Virus record (IMG/VR): IMGVR_UViG_3300020474_000010
Coordinates: 1-63,316 of that record
Direction: 5' to 3' (one strand)
Origin: a virus
Taxonomy: Duplodnaviria; Caudoviricetes
DNA length: 63,316 nt
Shown piece after piece: positions 35,113-41,717 of this stretch. How positions within the stretch are numbered: the first letter of the stretch is position 1; every line of letters begins with the position of its first letter. Made by a program: the position numbers and the translations under genes. The notes under the pieces are model-generated. The model saw only the letters and a program-made list of their open reading frames with translations. It ran no database searches and was not told the origin of the DNA.

Positions 35113-35298
35113 TTAATGATATCCTCCCTTATCATTGAAACAATCTTCATTCCAATGCTCATCCTCTTCGAGGACCCCTAGGTATTGCATAATCTCATCG
35201 TAGCATTGCATACCTGAGCGGGACATGCGCCCCGCTGTATAATCCCAACCGAGATCTGATAGTTTGTCCAGCAGCACGGACATCTTAATTTTTCTCAT
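35113..35298 (-). CDS. Hypothetical protein
   Basis: 61 aa; ATGA overlap; LGWDY..RMSRSG motif. Confidence 0.7.
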   Translation of the reverse strand: MRKIKMSVLLDKLSDLGWDYTAGRMSRSGMQCYDEIMQYLGVLEEDEHWNEDCFNDKGGYH

Positions 35299-35510
35299 TT
35301 GGATACATCTCCATACATATGGTTCATAGTATCTCTCACACGCTCACGGTCGAGACTGTCCCCGTTACCCCATGTAACGACGTCATTACAACCATCGAGA
35401 TAATCAAGAGTTGCGTAAGCAATTTGCTCGCGGGTGCGTTTTTGATCGTAGAGACCGCCATCTCCATAGAATGAGTAAACATACTCGATAAATTCGTTAA
35501 ATGAGTTCAT
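35295..35510 (-). CDS. Hypothetical early protein, probably leaderless
   Basis: MNSFNEFIEYVYSFYG...GDSLDRERVRD; ATG 6 bp after TATAAT. Confidence 0.7.
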   Translation of the reverse strand: MNSFNEFIEYVYSFYGDGGLYDQKRTREQIAYATLDYLDGCNDVVTWGNGDSLDRERVRDTMNHMYGDVSK

Positions 35511-35516
35511 GTATAC

Positions 35517-35575
35517 ATTATAACCATATACATGCACGTAATGCATTCAACCAGTGCCACTAATTAAACTGGCAC
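35517..35575 (-). promoter_or_regulatory. Early promoter with palindrome #9
   Basis: GTGCCACTA-ATTA-AACTGGCAC at 35554-35575; 31 bp to TATAAT (35517-35522). Confidence 0.8.
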
Positions 35576-35715
35576 TCCATGGTCTCCCTTTCAAGCTTGC
35601 CCAGGATAGAATCCCTGGTATTGCGTCGATCGCTGGTTTGGTCCATGGTCCTAGTGAACCAGTGGACTGCTTCCTGGATCAGATACAGCTCATCTTCCTG
35701 GATATAAGTCTTCAT
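35560..35715 (-). CDS. 51-aa hypothetical protein
   Basis: Hand-translated MKTYIQEDELYLIQEAVHWFTRTMDQTSDRRNTRDSILGKLERETMECQFN*. Confidence 0.55.
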   Translation of the reverse strand: MKTYIQEDELYLIQEAVHWFTRTMDQTSDRRNTRDSILGKLERETMECQFN

Positions 35716-35726
35716 GAAATACTTCT

Positions 35727-35900
35727 TCATTTCTTATATGCTTCCTTGAGTCTTTTGTTAAAGGTCCTAGACTCTGATGGTGTCATACCACAAAAGTAAT
35801 TCATAAGGTTGCCATCATAGTCATCGAAGAGATCATCTAAGTCAGATCCTATGTTAATAGTATCTCTAGCTTTGATGTCATTATAATCTGAAAGGTTCAT
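35727..35900 (-). CDS. Hypothetical protein
   Basis: Internal ATG (MNLSDYND) preferred; the upstream extension is a low-complexity U/A leader. Confidence 0.6.
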   Translation of the reverse strand: MNLSDYNDIKARDTINIGSDLDDLFDDYDGNLMNYFCGMTPSESRTFNKRLKEAYKK

Positions 35901-35936
35901 TAAATTGAAAAAATTGAAGATTTTAAAAAAAGTGAT

Positions 35937-35982
35937 AAATCCCACTTTCTGAGACTAAACAAAAACTCAAAAAGTGGGATTT
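35937..35982. other. Strong intergenic hairpin (terminator/attenuator or sRNA element)
   Basis: AAATCCCACTTT-c-TGAG / CTCA-a-AAAGTGGGATTT with a 12-nt loop ACTAAACAAAAA. Confidence 0.7.
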
Positions 35983-36033
35983 TTAAAGGGGCGCTGTTTC
36001 TACAATACAGATCTTTTGTACTCCCCAGGGGAC

Positions 36034-36363
36034 CTATTGAAATAGGTATCCCTTAGAACTGTCGAATTGGTGAGTGTGACCTCTGTCAGATACGTACCAT
36101 GTGAAGTCTTTCTGATATACCCCGCAGGTGAATGCATCACAAAACTCATTGATGAGTGCATTTAACCTGGACTTGGTAGTAACTGACTGCCACCCGCCGT
36201 CGAAGATGTGTAAGAAGTTGGATCCAACGGTTGCTATATGGTTCCCGTGTAGATAAACGTTTGAGTAATCGTTATCTTCATCATAACTTACACCTGTGTT
36301 TGCCTTAGCGAAGTTGATTTTGCTCTTCACCGCTGCATTCATTTGTGCTTCAATCTTGCGCAT
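36034..36363 (-). CDS. Conserved cyanophage early hypothetical protein
   Basis: 109 aa; VYLHGNHIA, GGWQSVTTKSRLNAL, GVYQKDFTWY. Confidence 0.85.
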   Translation of the reverse strand: MRKIEAQMNAAVKSKINFAKANTGVSYDEDNDYSNVYLHGNHIATVGSNFLHIFDGGWQSVTTKSRLNALINEFCDAFTCGVYQKDFTWYVSDRGHTHQFDSSKGYLFQ

Positions 36364-36392
36364 TCTGGGTTGCCTGTTTTGTTTACTCTTCT

Positions 36393-36451
36393 ATTATGCA
36401 TCATCTGCATAACGATTGCAACCCACCTTGTGCCACTAGTTAAACTGTCCT
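36393..36451 (-). promoter_or_regulatory. Early promoter with palindrome #10
   Basis: GTGCCACTA-GTTA-AACTGTCCT at 36430-36451; TTGCAA-17-CATAAT (36393-36421). Confidence 0.75.
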
Positions 36452-36455
36452 TATT

Positions 36456-36599
36456 TTAACCATTCCCCTTTCCAGGATGGTATTCTTTAAACTTACGGAC
36501 ATTCTTCCTCTTATCACGTTGAAGATTCTTGATATCATAACCATAAAGGTCCCCTGACTCATCATGGTTCTTGAAATCGCCTTTGTAACTTTTAGACAT
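36456..36599 (-). CDS. 47-aa charged protein
   Basis: Hand-translated MSKSYKGDFKNHDESGDLYGYDIKNLQRDKRKNVRKFKEYHPGKGNG*. Confidence 0.55.
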   Translation of the reverse strand: MSKSYKGDFKNHDESGDLYGYDIKNLQRDKRKNVRKFKEYHPGKGNG

Positions 36600-36628
36600 A
36601 GCTTAATGACTACTGTACAATATTTAGA

Positions 36629-36889
36629 TTAGACTGTATCCTTAATAATAAGGGTCTTATCCTTAATTGATGCATTAATATATGCTCCAATGGACTTTTC
36701 AGGGTCATTTAGTATTATTTGCACGTTTTTTGCAAATCTTTCAAGATTTTCGCAGTTATATGCGTATTCTTTGATGTTTTTGCCCCTAAATGTGACAAAT
36801 ACGCCCTCATCATTGCCTTTCAGTGACAAAATAGCTGATGAATCAACGTCTTCATAAGTAAATGCGCTGCTCAATCTCATTGTGGTCAT
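36629..36889 (-). CDS. Hypothetical protein, KTSC-domain-like
   Basis: DSSAILSL...VFVTF.G...YAY...SIGAYIN..IK pattern resembles KTSC. Confidence 0.55.
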   Translation of the reverse strand: MTTMRLSSAFTYEDVDSSAILSLKGNDEGVFVTFRGKNIKEYAYNCENLERFAKNVQIILNDPEKSIGAYINASIKDKTLIIKDTV

Positions 36890-36997
36890 AAAATAGTTTC
36901 TGAACTTTTTTAAAAATCTTAAAAAGTCATTTTTTTAAAAAAGTCATTTTTTTGTTTTTTTGACTTTTTCAGTTTTCTGACTTTCTCGGATATCTGA

Positions 36998-37056
36998 ATT
37001 ATAGCAAATCTCGGCATTCTTGGTGGGTCTCTGTGTGCCACTTTGGGAACTGGCAC
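36998..37056 (-). promoter_or_regulatory. Early promoter with palindrome #11
   Basis: GTGCCACTT-TGGG-AACTGGCAC at 37035-37056; 31 bp to TATAAT (36998-37003). Confidence 0.8.
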
Positions 37057-37064
37057 ATTCGGGG

Positions 37065-37093
37065 TTGACTTTTCATACATAGCAGCCTAAGAC
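37065..37093 (+). promoter_or_regulatory. Possible divergent sigma70 promoter TTGACT-17-TAAGAC
   Basis: Starts 8 bp from palindrome #11 and points into non-coding DNA. Confidence 0.4.
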
Positions 37094-37129
37094 AACATCG
37101 ACACCGCCCCTTTACCTATTTGTCTCAAT

Positions 37130-37246
37130 CTATACACAGAACCTATACACATTTATTTACATATTTTAAATGTTTTCTCAGTCGAACTCCACACCCCCCG
37201 AGAACCCTTGCTATCACTCACGCGGAAGGATACTATCCTATACACA
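37130..37246. repeat. Three direct repeats CTATACACA
   Basis: At 37130-37138, 37143-37151 and 37238-37246, in a non-coding stretch. Confidence 0.6.
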
Positions 37247-37264
37247 CTTTAAGTACACTTTGGT

Positions 37265-37429
37265 TCAACTCCAATACTCATCCAATACATCAAAAACTCT
37301 GTTCAAAGATTCGTTCGCTCCTACACATTCCCACTTACCTTTCTCTCCTATTTCACACTTATAATGTAGTTCTCTCTTCAGTTGCATGAGTCTATTAGTC
37401 ATTGCAACTTTGTCTAGTCTACCGTTCAT
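37265..37429 (-). CDS. 54-aa hypothetical protein
   Basis: Hand-translated MNGRLDKVAMTNRLMQLKRELHYKCEIGEKGKWECVGANESLNRVFDVLDEYWS*; AAGGAG SD and AATAAATA (37454-37461) upstream. Confidence 0.7.
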   Translation of the reverse strand: MNGRLDKVAMTNRLMQLKRELHYKCEIGEKGKWECVGANESLNRVFDVLDEYWS

Positions 37430-37548
37430 GTGTATTCTCCTTAACCGTAGTCCTATTTATTTTATGCAGGACATGTTGGTGGTGGTATTTTAGGCATTCG
37501 TAACTTCTTCTTCCATCTTTCGATAAAGTCTTTGATCTTCTTATCCAC

Positions 37549-37845
37549 TTAAATTGTTCTCCTCTTGCTATTTTCTAACCCATCGTGTACACTAGGACGT
37601 GTGGTTACATATGTTAAATCCTTATAATCATGTGGGAAACATAGGATACATGTGTGTACTCGCTTATGTCTCCAAGTGGTTAGGTCACAGTCTGGTCTTG
37701 GTTTAGTTGATATTTCAATTGTGATGTACTGATCACTGACGAAATATACCCATCCTTCAAGATCTTGTCCTAGTTTAACCTTCCACTTGACGTAATCATT
37801 AAGTTGAGGTGTGTACAATGTTAGGTCCTCGAACTGTTCTCGCAT
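37549..37845 (-). CDS. Conserved cyanophage hypothetical protein
   Basis: 98 aa; PQLNDYVKW...EGWVYF....YITIE motif. Confidence 0.75.
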   Translation of the reverse strand: MREQFEDLTLYTPQLNDYVKWKVKLGQDLEGWVYFVSDQYITIEISTKPRPDCDLTTWRHKRVHTCILCFPHDYKDLTYVTTRPSVHDGLENSKRRTI

Positions 37846-38176
37846 AACGTACTGGTCCTGTTAATGGATCAGACATTGGTACCGAGACGTAACACTGTAA
37901 TTTATAGTCTCTTGGATTGAGATTTAATGTTTCAACTATCTTAACTGCATGTTCGTAACAACTCACCCATGTAAGATTAAACTTCTTTGTTTTGGGTTCC
38001 ATCCTCCATGGGAATGGATTGTGAGGAAATAGGTCTATGTCTTTTGTTCTTGTGAACTTGACTTTTAATTTTGATTGAGATTCCGAACTCTTGATAGAAC
38101 TCTTTTCTTTTGTTCTTGATGTACTCTTCGATAGAGTCTTCAAGTTCTTGTCCAGTGATCGTTGTGTTCTCGGCAT
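37799..38176 (-). CDS. Basic hypothetical protein
   Basis: 125 aa; TAATG coupling with the upstream Zn-ribbon gene. Confidence 0.6.
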   Translation of the reverse strand: MPRTQRSLDKNLKTLSKSTSRTKEKSSIKSSESQSKLKVKFTRTKDIDLFPHNPFPWRMEPKTKKFNLTWVSCYEHAVKIVETLNLNPRDYKLQCYVSVPMSDPLTGPVRYARTVRGPNIVHTST

Positions 38177-38340
38177 TACTCCTCATAGTACTTTTCATTT
38201 GGTGAATGGTACACTAATACAAATGCATCACACTTGGGACACGATAGATTAGTTACGATGTTATACTCTTCGTTGCAGTAATCCTCACCATTGTGATCAC
38301 CACCCCATATGAGTTCAGTTCCACATGCCCAACAGTTCAT
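38176..38340 (-). CDS. 54-aa Zn-ribbon protein
   Basis: Hand-translated MNCWACGTELIWGGDH...NLSCPKCDAFVLVY...; two CxxC motifs; ATGA overlap. Confidence 0.75.
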   Translation of the reverse strand: MNCWACGTELIWGGDHNGEDYCNEEYNIVTNLSCPKCDAFVLVYHSPNEKYYEE

Positions 38341-38474
38341 GATTGCATTTCCTTTAACTCATCATAGAGTCTTTGATTCTCAGCATCACGATCAAGTTGA
38401 AATGCTCCTCGAATGAGAGTCAGACCAACTACACCGATGATCACATATGCAAGTAATGGATACTTCTTATTCAT
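38337..38474 (-). CDS. 45-aa single-TM protein
   Basis: Hand-translated MNKKYPLLAYVIIGVVGLTLIRGAFQLDRDAENQRLYDELKEMQS*. Confidence 0.6.
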   Translation of the reverse strand: MNKKYPLLAYVIIGVVGLTLIRGAFQLDRDAENQRLYDELKEMQS

Positions 38475-38643
38475 CTGCAACCATTTGAACTAAGTACATA
38501 TACCCAAATGATCTTCTCTCTTTGGGGTCTTTGAGCATACTCGTGACTTGTTTATCACTGAGTTTCATTTTCATCACTCGTCTCATACATGCACTCGACT
38601 TGTTCAACATGTACACGACTTCTGTTCCGACTTCAGTTTTCAT
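38467..38643 (-). CDS. 58-aa hypothetical protein
   Basis: Hand-translated MKTEVGTEVVYMLNKSSACMRRVMKMKLSDKQVTSMLKDPKERRSFGYMYLVQMVADE*. Confidence 0.5.
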   Translation of the reverse strand: MKTEVGTEVVYMLNKSSACMRRVMKMKLSDKQVTSMLKDPKERRSFGYMYLVQMVADE

Positions 38644-38785
38644 TACATTTAGGGCAAAGTTTACGAATTGTTTCGAGGTGTGATTCCAACACCTTACGTT
38701 TTTCTACGTTCTGTTCCTTACAGATATCAATCAGTAGTTCACTGATCTGCTTCTCGTAAGCTGACGTAGAGTTTTCTGAGGGCAT
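38633..38785 (-). CDS. 50-aa hypothetical protein
   Basis: C-terminal part of ORF 38633..38923 from MPSENS; ends CPKC. Confidence 0.45.
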   Translation of the reverse strand: MPSENSTSAYEKQISELLIDICKEQNVEKRKVLESHLETIRKLCPKCNEN

Positions 38786-38972
38786 CTTCGTTATAGAAGT
38801 GTGTGGACTCATGTATGTAGTTCTCGGGATCTGCCCACTCAAAGAACTCATCACCGAGCGCCATTGCGTCTTCGATTCTTTTGTTCTCGAGGAGATATCT
38901 GAATCGCTCGACCATCCATCCACAGATGTCGTCGCGTTGCTCAGAGATTTGAAGAGTGAGTTCGTTGTTCAT
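38739..38972 (-). CDS. Hypothetical protein
   Basis: 77 aa, helical and acidic. Confidence 0.7.
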   Translation of the reverse strand: MNNELTLQISEQRDDICGWMVERFRYLLENKRIEDAMALGDEFFEWADPENYIHESTHFYNEDALRKLYVSLREADQ

Positions 38973-39219
38973 AAGTCAGAATGTTTTGGAGATGATCGTA
39001 GGTTACGAATTTAAAGGATCTGGATTGCTTGAGCATTAATTTGTTAATTGCTCCTGCAAATTCATTGGGGAAACGTTTGTGATACTTCCAGTATCTTCTT
39101 GTTTCCTCCTCGTCTAAATCAGTTCTTGGAACTATCCACGTAGTGTGTGTACCATAGAACGGATTTACATATGGTGGTTGGATAAGATTATCCACTAGGT
39201 CATCAGTGACGATGCTCAT
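38941..39219 (-). CDS. Hypothetical protein
   Basis: 92 aa; ATGA overlap. Confidence 0.7.
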   Translation of the reverse strand: MSIVTDDLVDNLIQPPYVNPFYGTHTTWIVPRTDLDEEETRRYWKYHKRFPNEFAGAINKLMLKQSRSFKFVTYDHLQNILTYEQRTHSSNL

Positions 39220-39458
39220 TTAATAAAAACCTCTGAGTTTAAGTGTTCTACCGTCAGATCATGAATCTGTTGTAGGTGGAGTATAATGTGTGCTACGTAA
39301 TCTAGATCCTCTTCGCAGGGGTCGAGATCAAAGCAAACAGACCAGTCTACTGTCCCATCATTAAATACGGGAGCGCCGAAAGGTGTACCGTCATCATCAA
39401 GTGCATAAGCATTACCTTCAGCAACGAGATAATAGGTGGGTGGGATTGGTGCAGACAT
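39216..39458 (-). CDS. Hypothetical acidic protein
   Basis: 80 aa; own sigma70 promoter. Confidence 0.7.
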   Translation of the reverse strand: MSAPIPPTYYLVAEGNAYALDDDGTPFGAPVFNDGTVDWSVCFDLDPCEEDLDYVAHIILHLQQIHDLTVEHLNSEVFIK

Positions 39459-39483
39459 GAGAGAAATGGTTGACTACTATACT

Positions 39484-39512
39484 AATTTAGCATATAATGC
39501 GATTGAAGTCAA
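39484..39512 (-). promoter_or_regulatory. sigma70 promoter TTGACT-17-TAAATT
   Basis: Canonical spacing, upstream of 39458; no 22-bp palindrome. Confidence 0.6.
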
Positions 39513-39860
39513 TCACATGTACAGATATCCGCCTGCCCAGTCCGCATTCTCAAACAGATATTCTCTGTCTGCTATCAGACGTAGGTCAAAACGGACATGT
39601 TTAGCAGGTCCTCTCCAACTTGCTGCCTTATATACTTCTCCTGTTTTCTTGTCTACGAAGGCATGCACGGAACGTTGGTTTCCAGTGTTCATAATGATCT
39701 TGTAGTACTTCTTACCTGGGTCAATGGTGAAACTATAACCTGATGATGAATCCTTCTCAAAATCTCTCTGAAGTGCGTCACATAGTGATTGAGTGTGCTT
39801 AAATATATTATCCTCGATTGTTTTGCGTGCTCTTTCTGCGGAAGTAAGTGTTGAGGTCAT
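39513..39860 (-). CDS. Conserved phage hypothetical protein
   Basis: 115 aa; GKKYYKI...RSVHAFVDKKTGEVYKAASWRGPAKHVR. Confidence 0.85.
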   Translation of the reverse strand: MTSTLTSAERARKTIEDNIFKHTQSLCDALQRDFEKDSSSGYSFTIDPGKKYYKIIMNTGNQRSVHAFVDKKTGEVYKAASWRGPAKHVRFDLRLIADREYLFENADWAGGYLYM

Positions 39861-39883
39861 GGAGTTCCTTTGTTTATACTATT

Positions 39884-39941
39884 ATTATAGCAATAAAAAA
39901 CCCCCTGTGAAGGGGGTGTGTGCAACTTGTTGAACTGTCCT
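39884..39941 (-). promoter_or_regulatory. Early promoter with palindrome #12
   Basis: GTGCAACTT-GTTG-AACTGTCCT at 39920-39941; 30 bp to TATAAT (39884-39889). Confidence 0.7.
39895..39916 (-). terminator. Intrinsic terminator inside the promoter spacer
   Basis: Minus strand CCCCCT-TCAC-AGGGGG-TTTTTT. Confidence 0.75.
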
Positions 39942-40152
39942 AGAATGGACAATCATCTGGTATCACGTACGTAGGAATTTGAGGTGACTCTCCACCCATC
40001 CACTTCGCACGCTGTTCATCTTTCCATTGAAGATGACTCACACGTTTGATCATCTCATCAACGTGTTCTTTCTCCTGCATTTGTGCAGTGGTCAGTTCTT
40101 TCTCGTATTGGTAGTCTGTCCAAACGATGTCGTAGTAATACTTTTGGTTCAT
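39940..40152 (-). CDS. Hypothetical early protein, probably leaderless
   Basis: 70 aa ending DDCPF; ATG 6 bp after TAATAT. Confidence 0.7.
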   Translation of the reverse strand: MNQKYYYDIVWTDYQYEKELTTAQMQEKEHVDEMIKRVSHLQWKDEQRAKWMGGESPQIPTYVIPDDCPF

Positions 40153-40158
40153 ATATCT

Positions 40159-40215
40159 ATATTACACTAAATTCTCTCTCTTGTGTAATATAGTGGACAC
40201 TATCTCAACTGTCCT
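40159..40215 (-). promoter_or_regulatory. Early promoter with palindrome #13
   Basis: TGGACACTA-TCTC-AACTGTCCT at 40194-40215; 29 bp to TAATAT (40159-40164). Confidence 0.55.
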
Positions 40216-40351
40216 CAGGGTGTTTACAATAACTTGGTTCTTCATCATACTTACGTTCATACTCAAATCCATCCACACTGATCACTGGTCCGATCACTGA
40301 ATGAAACTCACGAAAGTATTCTGCTCTGTCTTTTGCGTACTCTCTACCCAT
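40205..40351 (-). CDS. 48-aa hypothetical protein
   Basis: Hand-translated MGREYAKDRAEYFREFHSVIGPVISVDGFEYERKYDEEPSYCKHPEDS*. Confidence 0.6.
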   Translation of the reverse strand: MGREYAKDRAEYFREFHSVIGPVISVDGFEYERKYDEEPSYCKHPEDS

Positions 40352-40448
40352 AGGTCATGATGTTATAGTGTTTACGAACTGGTTTCACCTCTTTAATAGG
40401 TTTAACTCTCACTGCCTTATATATTCTAAGTAGTGTCTCTGTTTTCAT
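40344..40448 (-). CDS. 34-aa basic peptide
   Basis: MKTETLLRIYKAVRVKPIKEVKPVRKHYNIMTYG*; AGGAG SD; ATGA overlap. Confidence 0.55.
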   Translation of the reverse strand: MKTETLLRIYKAVRVKPIKEVKPVRKHYNIMTYG

Positions 40449-40549
40449 TTGCTCCTTTTGTTAACTGCTCTATAATCAATTTCAGTAGCAATCGCCATCC
40501 CTACTGTGTACAGTGCGTATGCACCTCCAAATATAATAAAAAGTTCCAT
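40445..40549 (-). CDS. 34-aa hydrophobic peptide
   Basis: MELFIIFGGAYALYTVGMAIATEIDYRAVNKRSK*; TGATG coupling. Confidence 0.5.
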   Translation of the reverse strand: MELFIIFGGAYALYTVGMAIATEIDYRAVNKRSK

Positions 40550-40839
40550 CATTCTATAATAGTCATACCATAATCTTCTGGTGTAGGTACAGGCATATAA
40601 TATCCTCCCCTATCAGGTATCACTGGAGTACCAGTTTTAGGTCTCGCAGGTATTTGTATGAGGTCAATAGTTTCTTCAAACCATCTGTTCATAGATTTCG
40701 CCATAGCACGATATGATGTACCAACATACAACTGTCCTCCTACAACTGCAACAGTTGCTGCTCCCCAGAACATATAATAGAATCTAGATTTCATTTGTGC
40801 TCGTATCTTAGCACGCTTTCTCATTAATTTGTTAGTCAT
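40549..40839 (-). CDS. Single-TM hypothetical protein
   Basis: 96 aa; basic N-terminus followed by FYYMFWGAATVAVVGG. Confidence 0.75.
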   Translation of the reverse strand: MTNKLMRKRAKIRAQMKSRFYYMFWGAATVAVVGGQLYVGTSYRAMAKSMNRWFEETIDLIQIPARPKTGTPVIPDRGGYYMPVPTPEDYGMTIIE

Positions 40840-41480
40840 CGTTTGTATGGTTTTCCATCTTTTTTAATTTGCATATCATCCTGTTCTGCAGCAATGAAAT
40901 TTGGTTCATAGAGGTGCATATCACCACATGGTTGAATCCATCCAGTGAGAATCTTTTTGGTCTTCTTCAATGGTGGATTACCTCTATGCATATGTGTGAT
41001 ACCACCTGGCCACACTACTCCTAGATTTTTTACTGGTTTGACTCTTCGACTTTGATATAAGAACTCGGTCTCACCACCATCATCCTCATCATTAAGGTCA
41101 TTCAAGTAAATCATCCATGCTAGGACACGAGTACTATTATACCATCCAGTTGCTTCCGCATGTAGAATATGATATCCACCTGTGGGTTCTGTCTTTTGAT
41201 ATAGAGTCGAACCACTAGTCCATCTTCCTTCCATTCTACTAGCAGGAAACTCAGCAAAATATGGTATAACCATACGATGCATCACTAGTTCCGTGATCTC
41301 ACGGGCAACCTCAGGATAGATTGGTTCTAACAGTAGTTGCATATCATTTACATGCTCCTGTTTTCTGTTAACAGAACGAGGAATTTGAAATGCTTTCTTT
41401 TGATCACAGATTGATATGACGTTATCGTATAACTGTCTCGTCAATACTTTATCATATGTTCTGATGAAATCTTCGCTCAT
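40836..41480 (-). CDS. 2OG-Fe(II) oxygenase (prolyl 4-hydroxylase-like)
   Basis: GGYHILHAE, RVLAWMIYLND...GGETEF, WPGGITHMHRGNPP, K.ILTGW. Confidence 0.85.
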   Translation of the reverse strand: MSEDFIRTYDKVLTRQLYDNVISICDQKKAFQIPRSVNRKQEHVNDMQLLLEPIYPEVAREITELVMHRMVIPYFAEFPASRMEGRWTSGSTLYQKTEPTGGYHILHAEATGWYNSTRVLAWMIYLNDLNDEDDGGETEFLYQSRRVKPVKNLGVVWPGGITHMHRGNPPLKKTKKILTGWIQPCGDMHLYEPNFIAAEQDDMQIKKDGKPYKR

Positions 41481-41665
41481 TTACCTGTAGATAGTTCAGC
41501 ATTCGCTGCATTTAAGTGTGCTTCAAGATGATTGTAAAGATCCTCTGCAATCACGTCATGTTGTCGTGAGTATGAACTTGTGTGTCCTAGAGGGCAACCC
41601 ATCATCATATCTAGAATAAATCTGATCTGATTTGTGTCTAACGGTACGTTTGTAGGAAGATCCAT
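41477..41665 (-). CDS. Hypothetical protein
   Basis: 62 aa; own promoter. Confidence 0.65.
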   Translation of the reverse strand: MDLPTNVPLDTNQIRFILDMMMGCPLGHTSSYSRQHDVIAEDLYNHLEAHLNAANAELSTGK

Positions 41666-41688
41666 GATTAATAGGTTGTATAATCTCT

Positions 41689-41717
41689 ATTGTAACTGAT
41701 AATGTGCATAAGGTCAA
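41689..41717 (-). promoter_or_regulatory. sigma70 promoter TTGACC-17-TACAAT
   Basis: Canonical spacing upstream of 41665. Confidence 0.65.

Noticed and set aside
37172-37220. GTCGAACTCC...AACCCTTG resembling CRISPR-leader motifs
   Set aside because: Short match only, with no partner inverted repeat and no array nearby.
37120-37389. Plus-strand ORFs 37120..37389 and 37170..37364
   Set aside because: TTG or weak starts, composition reflecting the G-poor strand, and overlap with the better minus-strand ORF 37265..37429.
29882-40215. Palindromes as a CRISPR array
   Set aside because: Copies are degenerate and separated by 0.3-2.9 kb of genes rather than 30-40 bp spacers; no cas genes.
29882-40215. 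Palindromes as integron attC or Xer/dif-type recombinase sites
   Set aside because: No GTTRRRY cores, the central spacers all differ, no recombinase is present in the window, and the fixed distance to -10 fits a transcription factor better. Homology-driven shuffling is still kept as a finding.
29882-40215. NtcA, CRP or MotA boxes
   Set aside because: The consensus and the position (centre about -54) do not match these sites.
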